64,000 nt of DNA from an uncultured delta proteobacterium. Its GTDB lineage: Bacteria > Myxococcota_A > Polyangia > Fen-1088. Under the pieces are notes generated by a model. It saw only the letters and a list, made by a program, of their open reading frames with translations, was not told the origin of the DNA and did not search any database. The translations under genes were made by a program, and so were the position numbers. Location: the NCBI GenBank assembly GCA_963767925.1, contig CAVYGB010000008.1:1184001-1248000 (forward strand), written 5' to 3'. Below are positions 48,981 through 58,848 of this stretch, in pieces; the first letter of the stretch is position 1; the number at the start of each line of letters is the position of its first letter.

Positions 48981-50548
48981 GCCACCACGGTCCGGCTCTG
49001 CTCCCGCAGGTAGCAGGGGAGCGTGTAGAGACCTCCGATGTTCTTGCCGGTCGAGCCGCTGGCCTTCCAGCCCCCGAAGGGTTGCACCCCTGGCCAGGCG
49101 CCGGTGGTGGCCCCGGCCGCCCGGTTGACGTAGACCACCCCGGCCTCGATGCGATCGAGGAACTCGTTCACTTCCTCCGGCTTGCGGGAGAAACACCCCG
49201 CCGTGAGGCCGAAGTCGCTGGCGTTGGCCAGGGCCAGGGCCTCGTCCAGGCTGCGCACGGTCTCGACCGCGAGGATGGGCACGAACAGCTCCTTGGTGAC
49301 GAGCTCGTGGTCCCGGGGAACGCCGGTGAGCACCGTCGGGCGGGCGAAGAACCCGTGGGCGTAGCTGCCTTCGGTCAGCAAGGCGGCGCCGGTGTGGATC
49401 TTGGCCACCGACCGCGCCAGCTCGATGAAACGCTTGTAGTCCTCGTAGCTGCCCTTGGTGGCCAGCGGGCCCACGAAGGTCTTGCGGAGCAAGGGGTCCC
49501 CGATGACCGCCTCCGAGGCCAGCTTGGTGAGGCGCTCGAGCAGCTCGTTGGCCACCTTCTCGTGCACGTAGACCCGCGAGCAGGCGGAGCACTTGTGGCC
49601 GTTCATCCCGAAGGCCGACCGGAAGACGCCGGTCGCCGCCCGCTCCAGGTCGGCGCTGTCCATCACGATGGCCGGGTTCTTGCCGCCCATCTCCACGATG
49701 CAGGGCCTGGGGTAGCGGCGGGAGAACTTCTGGTAGAGGTCGTGAAAGCCGACATCGAAAGAGCCGGTGAAGGTGAGTCCCTGAACGTCGGGATGCTCCA
49801 GCAAGGTGTGCCCGACGACGCGACCGCTGCCGGTGACGAGGTTGAGGACGCCCGGCGGCAGGCCAGCCTCCTGGAAGATCTCCGCCACCAACACCCCCGA
49901 GAGCGGCGTGTCGGACGAGGGCTTCGCCACGACGGTGTTGCCGGTCAAGAGCGCCGCGGCGATGGGCGCGCCGAGCAGGGCGTAGGGAAAGTTCCAGGGC
50001 GCGATCACCGCCCAGACCCCGTAGGGGCGCAGCACGCTGGTGTTCTTGTCGTTGGGGCCCAGGCTGCTCATGGCCCGGACGTAGCCCTCGTTGGCCCGCA
50101 TCTGATCGTTGTAGTAGTCGATGAGATCGGCGAGCTCCTCGATCTCGCCCGAGGGCCTCGAGGCGGTTCTTGCCCATCTCCAGGATGAGCCAGGCCGCCA
50201 GCTCGAAGCTGCGCTGGCGGACCAGACTGGCCGCCCGGCCCAGGATCGCGGCGCGTTCCTGCCAGGGGGTGGCCCGCCAGGCGGGAAAGCGCCGTGCGCG
50301 CCGCCGCCACGGCGTCGCGCACGTCTTCGGCGGTGGCCGACGCCACCTTCGCCACCACCACGCGGGTGTCGGCCGGGTTGGTGCTGTCCGCGGTGTCGCG
50401 GGTGACTCGTGCTGCGCCCGCCGATGTAGAGCGGTGTAGCTCGGCCGAGCTCGCCCTTGACCTTCGTGATCGCCGCATCGAACTTGCGGTGCATCCCGTC
50501 GTCGTCAGCCGAGAGCGTGGCATAGGTGATCTTCGTCTCGCCGGCCAT
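48977..50548 (-). CDS. Aldehyde dehydrogenase (P5C-dehydrogenase/PruA-like); apparent frameshifts around 50150-50410
   Basis: IAPWNFP, FTGS, EMGGKNP, GHKCSACSR, ELFVP, GATTGAWPGVQPFGGWK; RBS GGAGG before ATG 50548. Confidence 0.9.
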   Translation of the reverse strand: MAGETKITYATLSADDDGMHRKFDAAITKVKGELGRATPLYIGGRSTSHPRHRGQHQPGRHPRGGGEGGVGHRRRRARRRGGGAHGAFPPGGPPPGRNAPRSWAGRPVWSASAASSWRPGSSWRWARTASRPSGEIEELADLIDYYNDQMRANEGYVRAMSSLGPNDKNTSVLRPYGVWAVIAPWNFPYALLGAPIAAALLTGNTVVAKPSSDTPLSGVLVAEIFQEAGLPPGVLNLVTGSGRVVGHTLLEHPDVQGLTFTGSFDVGFHDLYQKFSRRYPRPCIVEMGGKNPAIVMDSADLERAATGVFRSAFGMNGHKCSACSRVYVHEKVANELLERLTKLASEAVIGDPLLRKTFVGPLATKGSYEDYKRFIELARSVAKIHTGAALLTEGSYAHGFFARPTVLTGVPRDHELVTKELFVPILAVETVRSLDEALALANASDFGLTAGCFSRKPEEVNEFLDRIEAGVVYVNRAAGATTGAWPGVQPFGGWKASGSTGKNIGGLYTLPCYLREQSRTVVA

Positions 50549-50563
50549 GGTGCCTCCTTCTTG

Positions 50564-50609
50564 ATCGTACGCGGCGTACTCCAAAAGCGCAAGAAACCCG
50601 CGGGTTTCT
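50564..50609 (-). promoter_or_regulatory. Sigma70-like promoter of the ALDH operon with an adjacent perfect 18-bp palindrome
   Basis: Minus strand TTGCGC (50592-50587), 17-nt spacer, TACGAT (50569-50564); AGAAACCCGCGGGTTTCT at 50592-50609. Confidence 0.55.
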
Positions 50610-50879
50610 GGCTGATTGTGGACGTGTTGGTAGCTGTCTTCAGTGCATGCACGTGCTCGGGTGTAGCTGGGCCTCCAGATGCAGACATCTGACTCGCCTG
50701 GGGACTCCGCGTGGGACCTGGCTCGGGACTCCGCTTGCCGCCAGCATGGTCCCTCAGGCTGCAGAAGCGACCTGGCAGCCGCGCGCTCGACGGAGAGCAC
50801 GCGCGCGCAGCCGCGCGTGACAGGAGTGTTTCACGGTAGAAAGGGTCACTTGCTCTCTCGAACCGAGGGTTCTTGCGCG

Positions 50880-50909
50880 TTGACACTCGCGCGCGCCATT
50901 GCTTAGTCT
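50880..50909 (+). promoter_or_regulatory. Sigma70-like promoter of the HU gene
   Basis: TTGACA (50880-50885), 18-nt spacer, TAGTCT (50904-50909); RBS GAGGG before ATG 50941. Confidence 0.55.
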
Positions 50910-50940
50910 CGTCCGTCTCTCTGGGGGACAAGAGGGAATC

Positions 50941-51276
50941 ATGACTAAGGCCGACCTTATCGAGAGGGTGGCGAAGCGGAAGGACGTGCCGCGGGAGCTG
51001 ACGAAGAAGGCGGTGGCTCAGGTGCTGGATGCGATTTTCATGGAGGTTGGGGACTTCTTCATCCGTTCACGTGGGGGACGCAAGGCAGCTCGCTTCAGCT
51101 ATCCGCGCTTCGGCACCTTCAGCAAGCGCCGCCGCAACGCTCGCTCCGTTCGCAATCCTCAAAACGGGGAACCCATGGTTATCCCGCCGCAGGTGACCAT
51201 CGTGTTTTCGCCAGGACAGGATCTCCGACAGCTTCTCAACGACTCGCCCAAACTGGGCCGCGGCAACGCCGCCTAG
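50941..51276 (+). CDS. HU/IHF family DNA-binding protein
   Basis: MTKADLIE, FGTF, R.AR..RNPQNGEPM.IP, F.PG..L. Confidence 0.92.
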   Translation: MTKADLIERVAKRKDVPRELTKKAVAQVLDAIFMEVGDFFIRSRGGRKAARFSYPRFGTFSKRRRNARSVRNPQNGEPMVIPPQVTIVFSPGQDLRQLLNDSPKLGRGNAA

Positions 51277-51374
51277 CGCCGACGACAAAGCCCGCCAAGC
51301 CCGCGAATAAGACCAGCGAATATCCGGGCTTGCCGCGACCCTGACAGCCTCGCTGCGCCAGGCTACACTGGATC

Positions 51375-52374
51375 ATGCTGGATCCTCGCCTGGAGCTCGG
51401 CGATCTGCACATCCACGTCGGCGGCGCGGTGGCTCCCCACATCCTGTGGTCCATCGCCCACGAACAGGGGTTCAAGCTCCCGGTGCAGACCTACTGGGAG
51501 TTCCGCGATCTGGTCACCGCCGGCCCGCACAAGGTCTCCTCACAGGACGACTACCTCGAGATCCTGCACCGCTGGACCGAGCGGATTCAGTCCTCGCCGG
51601 CGGCCATCGAGCGGTCGGTCTACGAGATCATCGGCAAGGAGTTTCGCTCGAGCCGGGTGTCGCTGCTCGAGCTGCGCTTCAACCCGATGAAGCGCAACCT
51701 CGGCGGCGAGCGGGACCTCGACCACATCATCCACGCTGCCTTGCGGGGCATGGACCGCGCCGTCCTGGAGTACGGCTCGCGGGTGGGCCTCATCTTCTGC
51801 CTGGCGCGCGAGTTTTCCATCGAGCTCAACGAGATCCTGGTCAAGAAGGCGATCAAGTACCGGGCCCGGGGGGTGGTCGGCATCGACCTGGCCGGCTCCG
51901 AGCAGCACGCCCTCGAGCTCGGCCCGCGAGGTGGAGGCCTACGCCGAGCTGTTCGGGCGGGCGCGCAGCGCCGGCCTGGGGCTCACCATCCACACCGGCG
52001 AGACGCCGCTGACGGGAGCCCGGGGCATGCTCGCGGTGCTCGAGCGCTGGCGCCCGTCGCGCATCGGGCACGGCATCGCCGCCGCCGGCAGCGAGGAGGC
52101 CATGCGCAAGCTCGTCGAGCGCAAGACGGTCCTCGAGCTCTGCCCCAGCTCGAACCTGCGCACCCGGGTGGTGTCCGGGCTCGAGGAGCTCGGCCGAATC
52201 ATGAGCACCTTCCTCGAGCGCAGCGTTCCCTTCACCATCAACACCGATGGCCCCTACCTGCTCGACACCCACCTCCGCCAGGAGTTCGAGATGCTGCTGG
52301 CGGCGGGCGTCTTGACCGAGGCCCAGGCGCTGCACTGTGTGGAGACCGCGCGCGGCGCCACGTTCGTCGGCTAG
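51375..52374 (+). CDS. add: Adenosine deaminase family protein; one apparent frameshift near 51925
   Basis: DLHIHVGG, ELRFNP, VVGIDLAG, TIHTGE, RIGHG, ELCPSSN, INTD. Confidence 0.88.
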
Positions 52375-52535
52375 TCCCCTGGAACGGTGATTTCTTGCAT
52401 ATCTCGCCGGTCCTCTTCGTCCCTGGCTGCGTTGCTCGTCGGTTAAATACGCCCGGTATTCGCCCTCCTCGCGCCTTGCCAGGAACGAAGATGCCTCGCC
52501 GACATATGCAAGCCTTCACCTTTCCAGGGGACTAG
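52371..52535. mobile_element. 165-bp CTAG-bounded palindromic MITE, ERIC-like
   Basis: Terminal IRs CTAGTCCCCTGGAACGGTGA / TCACCTTTCCAGGGGACTAG (1 mismatch in 20); nested IRs CTTGCATAT/ATATGCAAG, TCTTCGTCCCTGGC/GCCAGGAACGAAGA, AATAC/GTATT. Confidence 0.8.
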
Positions 52536-52597
52536 CAGCCACGGGCCGCTAGGGGAAATCGACGTCCCCCGCCCGCTCCGGCTATAACACCGGCGTC

Positions 52598-53470
52598 GTG
52601 CGCCCCGGAACCGCCTCCTCGACCGTCGTCGCCGCCCTCCTGGCAACCCTGGCCCTGGCCAGCAACTCCCGCCCGGCCAGCGCCGCCCCCCGCGAGCTGG
52701 TCATCGCCCACGAGATCCTGGGACAGGCGGGCGAGCACCTGGCGGCGAACCTCGACGCCTTCCTGCGGCGGGTGGAGGAGGTGGCTGGCTGGCCCAAGGG
52801 GTCCCTCCGGGGGCGCGCCTTCGCCCGTCCCCGCGAGGCGCTGGCCTACATCAAGAAGAGCCGGGCCGGGTTCGCCATCTTGCCCGCCCATCAGTTCGCC
52901 GAGGGCCAGCAGGCGCTCGGGCTGGAGGCGCTCGGGCGGGCGGTGGGGGTCGATGGCACACCCCTCGTCTACTCCGCGGTCACCCGCCGTCCTCGGCCCT
53001 TCGCCGAGCTGGCCGGGACGCCGGGTTTGCGGATCGCGCTGACCGAGGCCTACGACCCGGCCTGGGTCAAGATCCTGACCGAAGGGGCGGTCGACCGGGA
53101 GGTGGCCCCCGTGGCCCTCGTCGAGGTCCCCTCGGGGCTGGCCGGCGTGGAAGCGGTGATCGGCAACAAGGCCGATCTGGCCATCGTCTCCGAGCTGGAG
53201 TACCGATCGATCAAGCCGCGCATCGAGCCAGGCGGCGACCTGGAATGGCTGCTCAGCTCGCCCCATTTGCCGCCCTCCGCCTTCGCCGCCGTCGGCAAAT
53301 ACGTGCGCACGGCCGACCGGAAGACCATGGCTGGAGCCATCGACAAGATCTGCAAGACCAGCGGCGGTCCGGCCTGTGCGCGCCTCGGCATCCTCTACAT
53401 CGAGGCCAACCGCGCAGAGAGTTACCAGGGCCTGCTGCAGCTCTATCAGCGACTGAAGAGCGGGGGCTGA
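52598..53470 (+). CDS. Periplasmic solute-binding protein-like (PhnD/SsuA type), no cognate permease; start uncertain
   Basis: Signal-peptide-like N-terminus, AVIGNKADLAIV, SSPHLPPSAF; overall pattern only. Confidence 0.55.
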   Translation: MRPGTASSTVVAALLATLALASNSRPASAAPRELVIAHEILGQAGEHLAANLDAFLRRVEEVAGWPKGSLRGRAFARPREALAYIKKSRAGFAILPAHQFAEGQQALGLEALGRAVGVDGTPLVYSAVTRRPRPFAELAGTPGLRIALTEAYDPAWVKILTEGAVDREVAPVALVEVPSGLAGVEAVIGNKADLAIVSELEYRSIKPRIEPGGDLEWLLSSPHLPPSAFAAVGKYVRTADRKTMAGAIDKICKTSGGPACARLGILYIEANRAESYQGLLQLYQRLKSGG

Positions 53471-53534
53471 CGATCCGGCCGCGCCCTGGCAAAAAGGCCG
53501 GGCGCCGCCGGGGGAGTTGTTTCAGAATCGCTTC

Positions 53535-54284
53535 ATGCTGGCCCTCTACCGCGAAACCGCCGTGCTCGCCTTCCGGCGGGCGGTCAAGGCCTGGCCGGTG
53601 GCGTTCTCCCTCGTCATCTACGCCATCATCTTCGCCGCGGCGGCCCGCCTGCTGGGCGGTCTGGGCCTCATCGGCGGCGTGCTCCTGGGCCTGGTCGGCG
53701 CGGCCTGCGCCTCGGGATATCTCTATCTGCTGCTGCAGGCGGTCCGGGGGCTGCCCCTGCGGTTCGACGACCTCCGCCGGGGCTTCTCCGCCCTGTTCTG
53801 GGACGTGATCAGCGTCGGCTTCGCTCTGTGGATCATCGGCCTGCTGATCAGCCTGGTGGTGCAGGGGGCCGGCGACCGGGGTGATGCCATCGCTGCCATG
53901 GTGGGGCTGGCCATGGCGTTTTTCCTGAACCCCGTCCCGGAGATGATCTACCTGGGCAAGAGCCGGTCCTTCGATCTGCTGCTCGAGTCCTGCCGGTTCG
54001 TGATGGCCAATCCCCTGGTCTGGTTCCTGCCGAACCTGATCTTCGCCGTCTTGCTCCTCGCCCCCACCGGCGCGCTGGTGGTTGGCCACCCGGGCGAGCT
54101 CCTGCTGCTCTTCAGCGCCGTCTTCTCGGTCCAGGGTCTCGCCCAGATCTTCGGGCTGCTGCCGCTCTGGCTGATGCCCCTCCTGCTCCTGCTCCTGCAC
54201 TACGTGATGGTCTTCCGCGGTCTCCTCTTCGAGGGGCTGGCCAGCGGGAGCGCCCGCCGGCGCGCCTGGCAAGCGCGCTTCTGA
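53535..54284 (+). CDS. Hypothetical polytopic membrane protein; alternative start TTG 53517
   Basis: About 6 TM helices; FLNPVPEMIY, WFLPNL, MVFRGLLF. Confidence 0.75.
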   Translation: MLALYRETAVLAFRRAVKAWPVAFSLVIYAIIFAAAARLLGGLGLIGGVLLGLVGAACASGYLYLLLQAVRGLPLRFDDLRRGFSALFWDVISVGFALWIIGLLISLVVQGAGDRGDAIAAMVGLAMAFFLNPVPEMIYLGKSRSFDLLLESCRFVMANPLVWFLPNLIFAVLLLAPTGALVVGHPGELLLLFSAVFSVQGLAQIFGLLPLWLMPLLLLLLHYVMVFRGLLFEGLASGSARRRAWQARF

Positions 54285-54368
54285 TTCGGGGGCCAACCGC
54301 GGGCGGCGCGCTTTCCGCTTTCCGGGGCGGACGGCGCTCGGGTAGGTTCTCGCCCGGTCGCCGCCTCC

Positions 54369-55214
54369 ATGTCCTTGCCCGCAGCCGCCACCGGCTGGTC
54401 CGCCGAGCTCGAGCTGGACTTCACCGCGCGGGCGGGGCAGACCGTGCTGTCGCGCCGGGCGCACCGGGGACCGCTGGTCGTGCAGCGCCCGTTTCGCCCC
54501 GAGGGCCCGGGCCTCTTGCACGTCTACCTGCTGCACCCGCCGGGCGGGCTGGTGGCCGGTGACACCCTCGCCACCCGGGTCCAGGTCGGCAGCGGCGCGC
54601 AGGTGCTGCTGACCACGCCGGCGGCCGGCAAGGTCTACCGCCACCGCCCGGGCGCCGAGCCCTCCCGCCAGACCCAGCGGCTGGCGGCGGAACCCGGCAG
54701 CACGCTCGAATGGCTGCCCTCCGAGACCATCGTGTTCGACGGCGCCGAGGTTTCCTTGCAGACCATCGTCCACCTCGGGGGGGACGCCGCCTTCATCGGC
54801 TGGGAGATGCTCTGCTTCGGACGGCCGGCGCAGGCGGAACGTTACACGCGTGGATCCTGCCGGCAATGTTTCGAGCTCTGGCGCGACGGCCGGCCGATCA
54901 GCCTCGAGCGGGCCTTTTTTCAGGCGGGCGGGCCGATCTTCACCGCGCCCTGGGGGCTGGCCGAACGCCCGGTGACCGGCACGTTCCTGGCGAGCCCCCT
55001 GCCGGCCGGCTCGCTCGAGGCGCTGCGCGCCTGCTGCGCCGATCTTCCGACGCCCGACCTGGCCGCCGTCACCGCGATCGAGGGGGCCCTCCTGGGCCGG
55101 TACCTCGGCGCGAGCACCGAACGATGCCGTGATCTTTTTTCCCGCCTTTGGACGATAGTGCGGCCAGCGCTGCTGGGCCGGCCCGCCGCGCGCCCCCGGA
55201 TCTGGTCGACCTGA
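54369..55214 (+). CDS. ureD: Urease accessory protein UreD
   Basis: [44 protein letters not shown]. Confidence 0.95.
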   Translation: MSLPAAATGWSAELELDFTARAGQTVLSRRAHRGPLVVQRPFRPEGPGLLHVYLLHPPGGLVAGDTLATRVQVGSGAQVLLTTPAAGKVYRHRPGAEPSRQTQRLAAEPGSTLEWLPSETIVFDGAEVSLQTIVHLGGDAAFIGWEMLCFGRPAQAERYTRGSCRQCFELWRDGRPISLERAFFQAGGPIFTAPWGLAERPVTGTFLASPLPAGSLEALRACCADLPTPDLAAVTAIEGALLGRYLGASTERCRDLFSRLWTIVRPALLGRPAARPRIWST

Positions 55215-55233
55215 ACCCCGAGGAGAACCTCCC

Positions 55234-55953
55234 ATGGAGCTCACGCCCCGAGAGAAGGACAAGCTGCTTCTGTTCACCGCCGCGCTGCTGGCGGAGCGAC
55301 GCAAGGCCCGCGGCCTCAAGCTCAACTATCCCGAGGCGGTGGCCTACATCTCGGCGGCCATCCTCGAGGGGGCACGCGACGGCAAGACGGTGGCCGAGCT
55401 GATGGGCTACGGCGCCACCCTGCTCGGTCCCGACGACGTCATGGAGGGGGTGCCCGAGCTGATCCCCGAGGTGCAGGTCGAGGCCACCTTCCCCGATGGC
55501 ACGAAGCTCGTGACCGTCCACGATCCCATCGCGGGAGGGGCGGGTCGGGCACCGGGCGCGATAGAGCCTGCCGAGGCAGAGGATCTGATCATCAACGCCG
55601 GGCGGGGGGCCATCACCGTGGAGGTGGCGAACACCGGCGACCGCCCCATCCAGGTCGGCTCGCACTATCACTTCTTCGAGACCAACCCGGCCCTCGTGTT
55701 CGACCGGGCGCGGACGCGGGGCTTCCGCCTCGACATCCCCGCCGGCACCGCCGTTCGCTTCGAGCCAGGGCAGAGCCGCGAGGTGCAACTGTGCCCCTAC
55801 GCCGGTGACCGGGTGGTCTACGGCTTCCGGGGGGCGGTGATGGGACCCCTCGACGGCAAGCGGGCAAGACCCCGACCGACGCGGAGCAAGCCGACCGCCC
55901 GCAAGTCTGCCGACCGCACCCCGGCCGTCCAGAAGAAGAGCGGGCGCCGATGA
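55234..55953 (+). CDS. ureAB: Fused urease gamma-beta subunit
   Basis: [11 protein letters not shown]...[17 protein letters not shown], then in frame [30 protein letters not shown]. Confidence 0.95.
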   Translation: MELTPREKDKLLLFTAALLAERRKARGLKLNYPEAVAYISAAILEGARDGKTVAELMGYGATLLGPDDVMEGVPELIPEVQVEATFPDGTKLVTVHDPIAGGAGRAPGAIEPAEAEDLIINAGRGAITVEVANTGDRPIQVGSHYHFFETNPALVFDRARTRGFRLDIPAGTAVRFEPGQSREVQLCPYAGDRVVYGFRGAVMGPLDGKRARPRPTRSKPTARKSADRTPAVQKKSGRR

Positions 55954-57668
55954 CCCCTCCCGCCCCTCGCAAGATCGGCCGGCGGGCCTATGCCGAGATG
56001 TACGGGCCCACGGTGGGTGACCGGGTCCGGCTGGCCGACACCGACCTCTACATCGAGATCGAGCGGGACCACACGACCTACGGAGAGGAGGTCAAGTTCG
56101 GGGGCGGCAAGGTGATCCGGGACGGCATGGGTCAGAGCCAGCGCACCGGGAAGGAGGTGGCCGACACGGTGATCACGAACGCCGTCATCCTGGATCACTG
56201 GGGCATCGTGAAGGCGGACGTCGCGATCAAGGGTGGACGCATCGCCGGCATCGGCAAGGCCGGCAATCCCGACATCCAGCCGGGCGTCGACATCGTGATC
56301 GGACCGGGCACCGAGATCATCGCCGGCGAGGGCAAGATCCTCACCGCCGGAGGGATCGACACTCACATCCATTTCATCTGCCCGCAGCAGGTCGAGGACG
56401 CCCTCATGTCGGGCGTCACCACCATGATCGGAGGGGGGACCGGCCCGGCGGCGGGGACCAGCGCCACCACCTGCACGCCCGGCCCCTGGAACGTCGCCCG
56501 CATGTTGCAAGCGGCGGACGCCTTGCCGATGAACCTCGGCTTCCTGGGCAAGGGCAACGCCAGCTTGCCGGCCGGCCTCGTCGAGCAGGTGCGGGCGGGC
56601 TGCCTGGGCCTCAAGCTCCACGAGGACTGGGGGACCACGCCCCAGGCCATCGACACCTGCCTGACGGTCGCCGACAAATACGACGTTCAGGTGGCGATCC
56701 ACACCGACACGCTCAACGAATCCGGCTTCGTCGAGGACAGCGTGTCGGCATTCAAGGGTCGGACCATCCACACCTACCACACCGAGGGGGCGGGCGGCGG
56801 CCACGCCCCCGACATCATCAAGGTGTGCGGCGAGCCCAACGTGCTCCCCTCCTCGACCAACCCGACCCGTCCCTACACGGTGAACACCATCGACGAGCAC
56901 CTCGACATGTTGATGGTGTGCCACCACCTGGACTCCGGCATCGCCGAGGACGTGGCCTTCGCCGAGTCCCGCATCCGGCGCGAGACCATCGCCGCCGAGG
57001 ACATCCTGCACGACCTGGGCGCCTTCAGCATGTTCTCCTCCGACTCCCAGGCCATGGGCCGGGTGGGGGAGGTCATCACCCGCTGCTGGCAGACCGCCCA
57101 CAAGATGAAGGTCCAGCGGGGGAGCCTCGGCCAGGACGGGCCCCGCGCCGACAACTTCAGAGCCCGGCGGTACATCGCCAAATACACGATCAACCCCGCG
57201 CTCACCCACGGCATCGCCGGCGAGGTCGGGTCGGTCGAGGTCGGCAAGCTGGCCGACCTCGTGCTCTGGAAGCCCGGCTTCTTCGGGGTCAAGCCGGCCG
57301 CCGTGATCAAGGGCGGCCTGATCGCCGCCGCGCCCATGGGGGATCCCAACGCCTCCATCCCCACCCCCCAGCCGGTGCACTATCGACCGATGTTCGGGGC
57401 GCTGGGCGGCGCCCGGCACGCCACCAGCGTCACCTTCGTGTCGAAGGCGGCCCTCGAGGCGGGCGTGCCGGAGCGGCTGCGGCTGGCCAAGCGGGCGGTG
57501 GCGGTCAAGGGGACCCGGAAGGTGAGAAAGAAGGATCTCATTCACAACGACGCCATGCCGGTGATGGAGGTGGATCCCCAGACCTACGAGGTGCGGGCCG
57601 ACGGGGAGCTCCTGACCTGCGAGCCGGCCCGGGTCCTGCCGATGGCCCAGCGCTATTTCCTGTTCTGA
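55950..57668 (+). CDS. ureC: Urease alpha (catalytic) subunit
   Basis: [56 protein letters not shown]. Confidence 0.98.
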   Translation: MTPPAPRKIGRRAYAEMYGPTVGDRVRLADTDLYIEIERDHTTYGEEVKFGGGKVIRDGMGQSQRTGKEVADTVITNAVILDHWGIVKADVAIKGGRIAGIGKAGNPDIQPGVDIVIGPGTEIIAGEGKILTAGGIDTHIHFICPQQVEDALMSGVTTMIGGGTGPAAGTSATTCTPGPWNVARMLQAADALPMNLGFLGKGNASLPAGLVEQVRAGCLGLKLHEDWGTTPQAIDTCLTVADKYDVQVAIHTDTLNESGFVEDSVSAFKGRTIHTYHTEGAGGGHAPDIIKVCGEPNVLPSSTNPTRPYTVNTIDEHLDMLMVCHHLDSGIAEDVAFAESRIRRETIAAEDILHDLGAFSMFSSDSQAMGRVGEVITRCWQTAHKMKVQRGSLGQDGPRADNFRARRYIAKYTINPALTHGIAGEVGSVEVGKLADLVLWKPGFFGVKPAAVIKGGLIAAAPMGDPNASIPTPQPVHYRPMFGALGGARHATSVTFVSKAALEAGVPERLRLAKRAVAVKGTRKVRKKDLIHNDAMPVMEVDPQTYEVRADGELLTCEPARVLPMAQRYFLF

Positions 57669-57674
57669 GGGCCC

Positions 57675-58175
57675 ATGCGGATCGCACAACGTCGGGCCGA
57701 GATCGAGTCGGAGCCGCAGGCCCGGCTGGTGCTCCCCCACGACGATCGGCGGCGCTGCCGGCAGCGGACCCGGCTCGCGGACGGCGAGGAGATCGCCCTC
57801 CTGCTGCCCCGGGGGACGGTGCTGCGCGCCGGGGATCGGCTGATCACCGACGATGGCCTGGTGATCGAGGTGGAGGCCGCCCCCGAGCTGATCTCCTCGG
57901 CCACCACCCCGGATCCGCTGCTGCTGGCCCGGGCCGCCTACCACCTGGGCAACCGGCACGTGCCGCTGCAGATCGAGCCGGGCCGGCTGAGCTACCGGCA
58001 CGACCACGTGCTCGACCACCTCGCCGCCAGCCTCGGCCTCACGGTCTCGTCCGGGCACGCCCCCTTCGAGCCGGAGAGCGGGGCCTACCAGGGGCACGAT
58101 CACGGCGGGGGCCACGGTCACGGGAGCGGGGCCCCCGCGGCCAATGGCCACGATCATCCCCACGACCATGACTGA
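57675..58175 (+). CDS. ureE: Urease accessory Ni chaperone UreE with a His-rich tail
   Basis: LPRGTVLRAGD, AYHLGNRHVP, DHVL, FEPESGAY, HDHGGGHGH...HDHPHDHD. Confidence 0.95.
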   Translation: MRIAQRRAEIESEPQARLVLPHDDRRRCRQRTRLADGEEIALLLPRGTVLRAGDRLITDDGLVIEVEAAPELISSATTPDPLLLARAAYHLGNRHVPLQIEPGRLSYRHDHVLDHLAASLGLTVSSGHAPFEPESGAYQGHDHGGGHGHGSGAPAANGHDHPHDHD

Positions 58176-58848
58176 CCTGTCGATGGCCGGGCTGCTGCGG
58201 CTGCTCCACCTGGCCAGCCCCGCGCTCCCGGTGGGCGCCTTCGCCTACTCGCAGGGGCTCGAGCCCGCCGTCCAGGCCGGCTGGGTACACGACGAGGCCA
58301 GCGCCAGCGCCTGGATGGCGGGCCTGCTCGGACACAACCTCGGAGCCCTGGAGGTCCCACTGTTTCAGCGGCTCTCCCGGGCCTGGAGCGACAACGACGA
58401 GGAGGAGGTGGACCGCTGGAACGACCTCCTGTTCGCCGCCCGGGCCACCGGGGAGCTGCAGCAAGAAGATCGGAGGCTGGGGGCGGCCCTGGCCCGCGTC
58501 CTCGGCACCCTCGAGGTGGCGGCGGCGCAGCGCTGGGCCAATCATCCCCGGGTCACCCAGGCCACCCTGTTCGCCCTCGCCACCAGCACCTGGGGCATCC
58601 CCGCCCGGCCGGCGGCGGCCGCCTTGCTGTTCGCCTGGGCCGAGAGCCAGGTTGCGGCCGCGATCCGGCTGGTCCCGCTGGGTCAGAGCGCGGGCCAGCG
58701 CATCCTGGCCCGGCTGGGACAGCAGATCCCGGAGGTGGTGGCGCGCGGCTTTTCTCTCCACGACGACGAGATCGGCCAGGGCGCCCCCGGGCTCGCCCTG
58801 GCCAGCGCCTGGCACGAAACCCAATACACACGGATCTTTCGCTCATGA
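58168..58848 (+). CDS. ureF: Urease accessory protein UreF
   Basis: [36 protein letters not shown]. Confidence 0.95.
   Translation: MTDLSMAGLLRLLHLASPALPVGAFAYSQGLEPAVQAGWVHDEASASAWMAGLLGHNLGALEVPLFQRLSRAWSDNDEEEVDRWNDLLFAARATGELQQEDRRLGAALARVLGTLEVAAAQRWANHPRVTQATLFALATSTWGIPARPAAAALLFAWAESQVAAAIRLVPLGQSAGQRILARLGQQIPEVVARGFSLHDDEIGQGAPGLALASAWHETQYTRIFRS

Noticed and set aside
51375..52535. 386-aa ORF reading through the MITE as a deaminase-MITE fusion
   Set aside because: The real C-terminal motifs (HTGE, RIGHG, CPSSN, NTD) lie in frame 51931..52374, so the long ORF results from the frameshift
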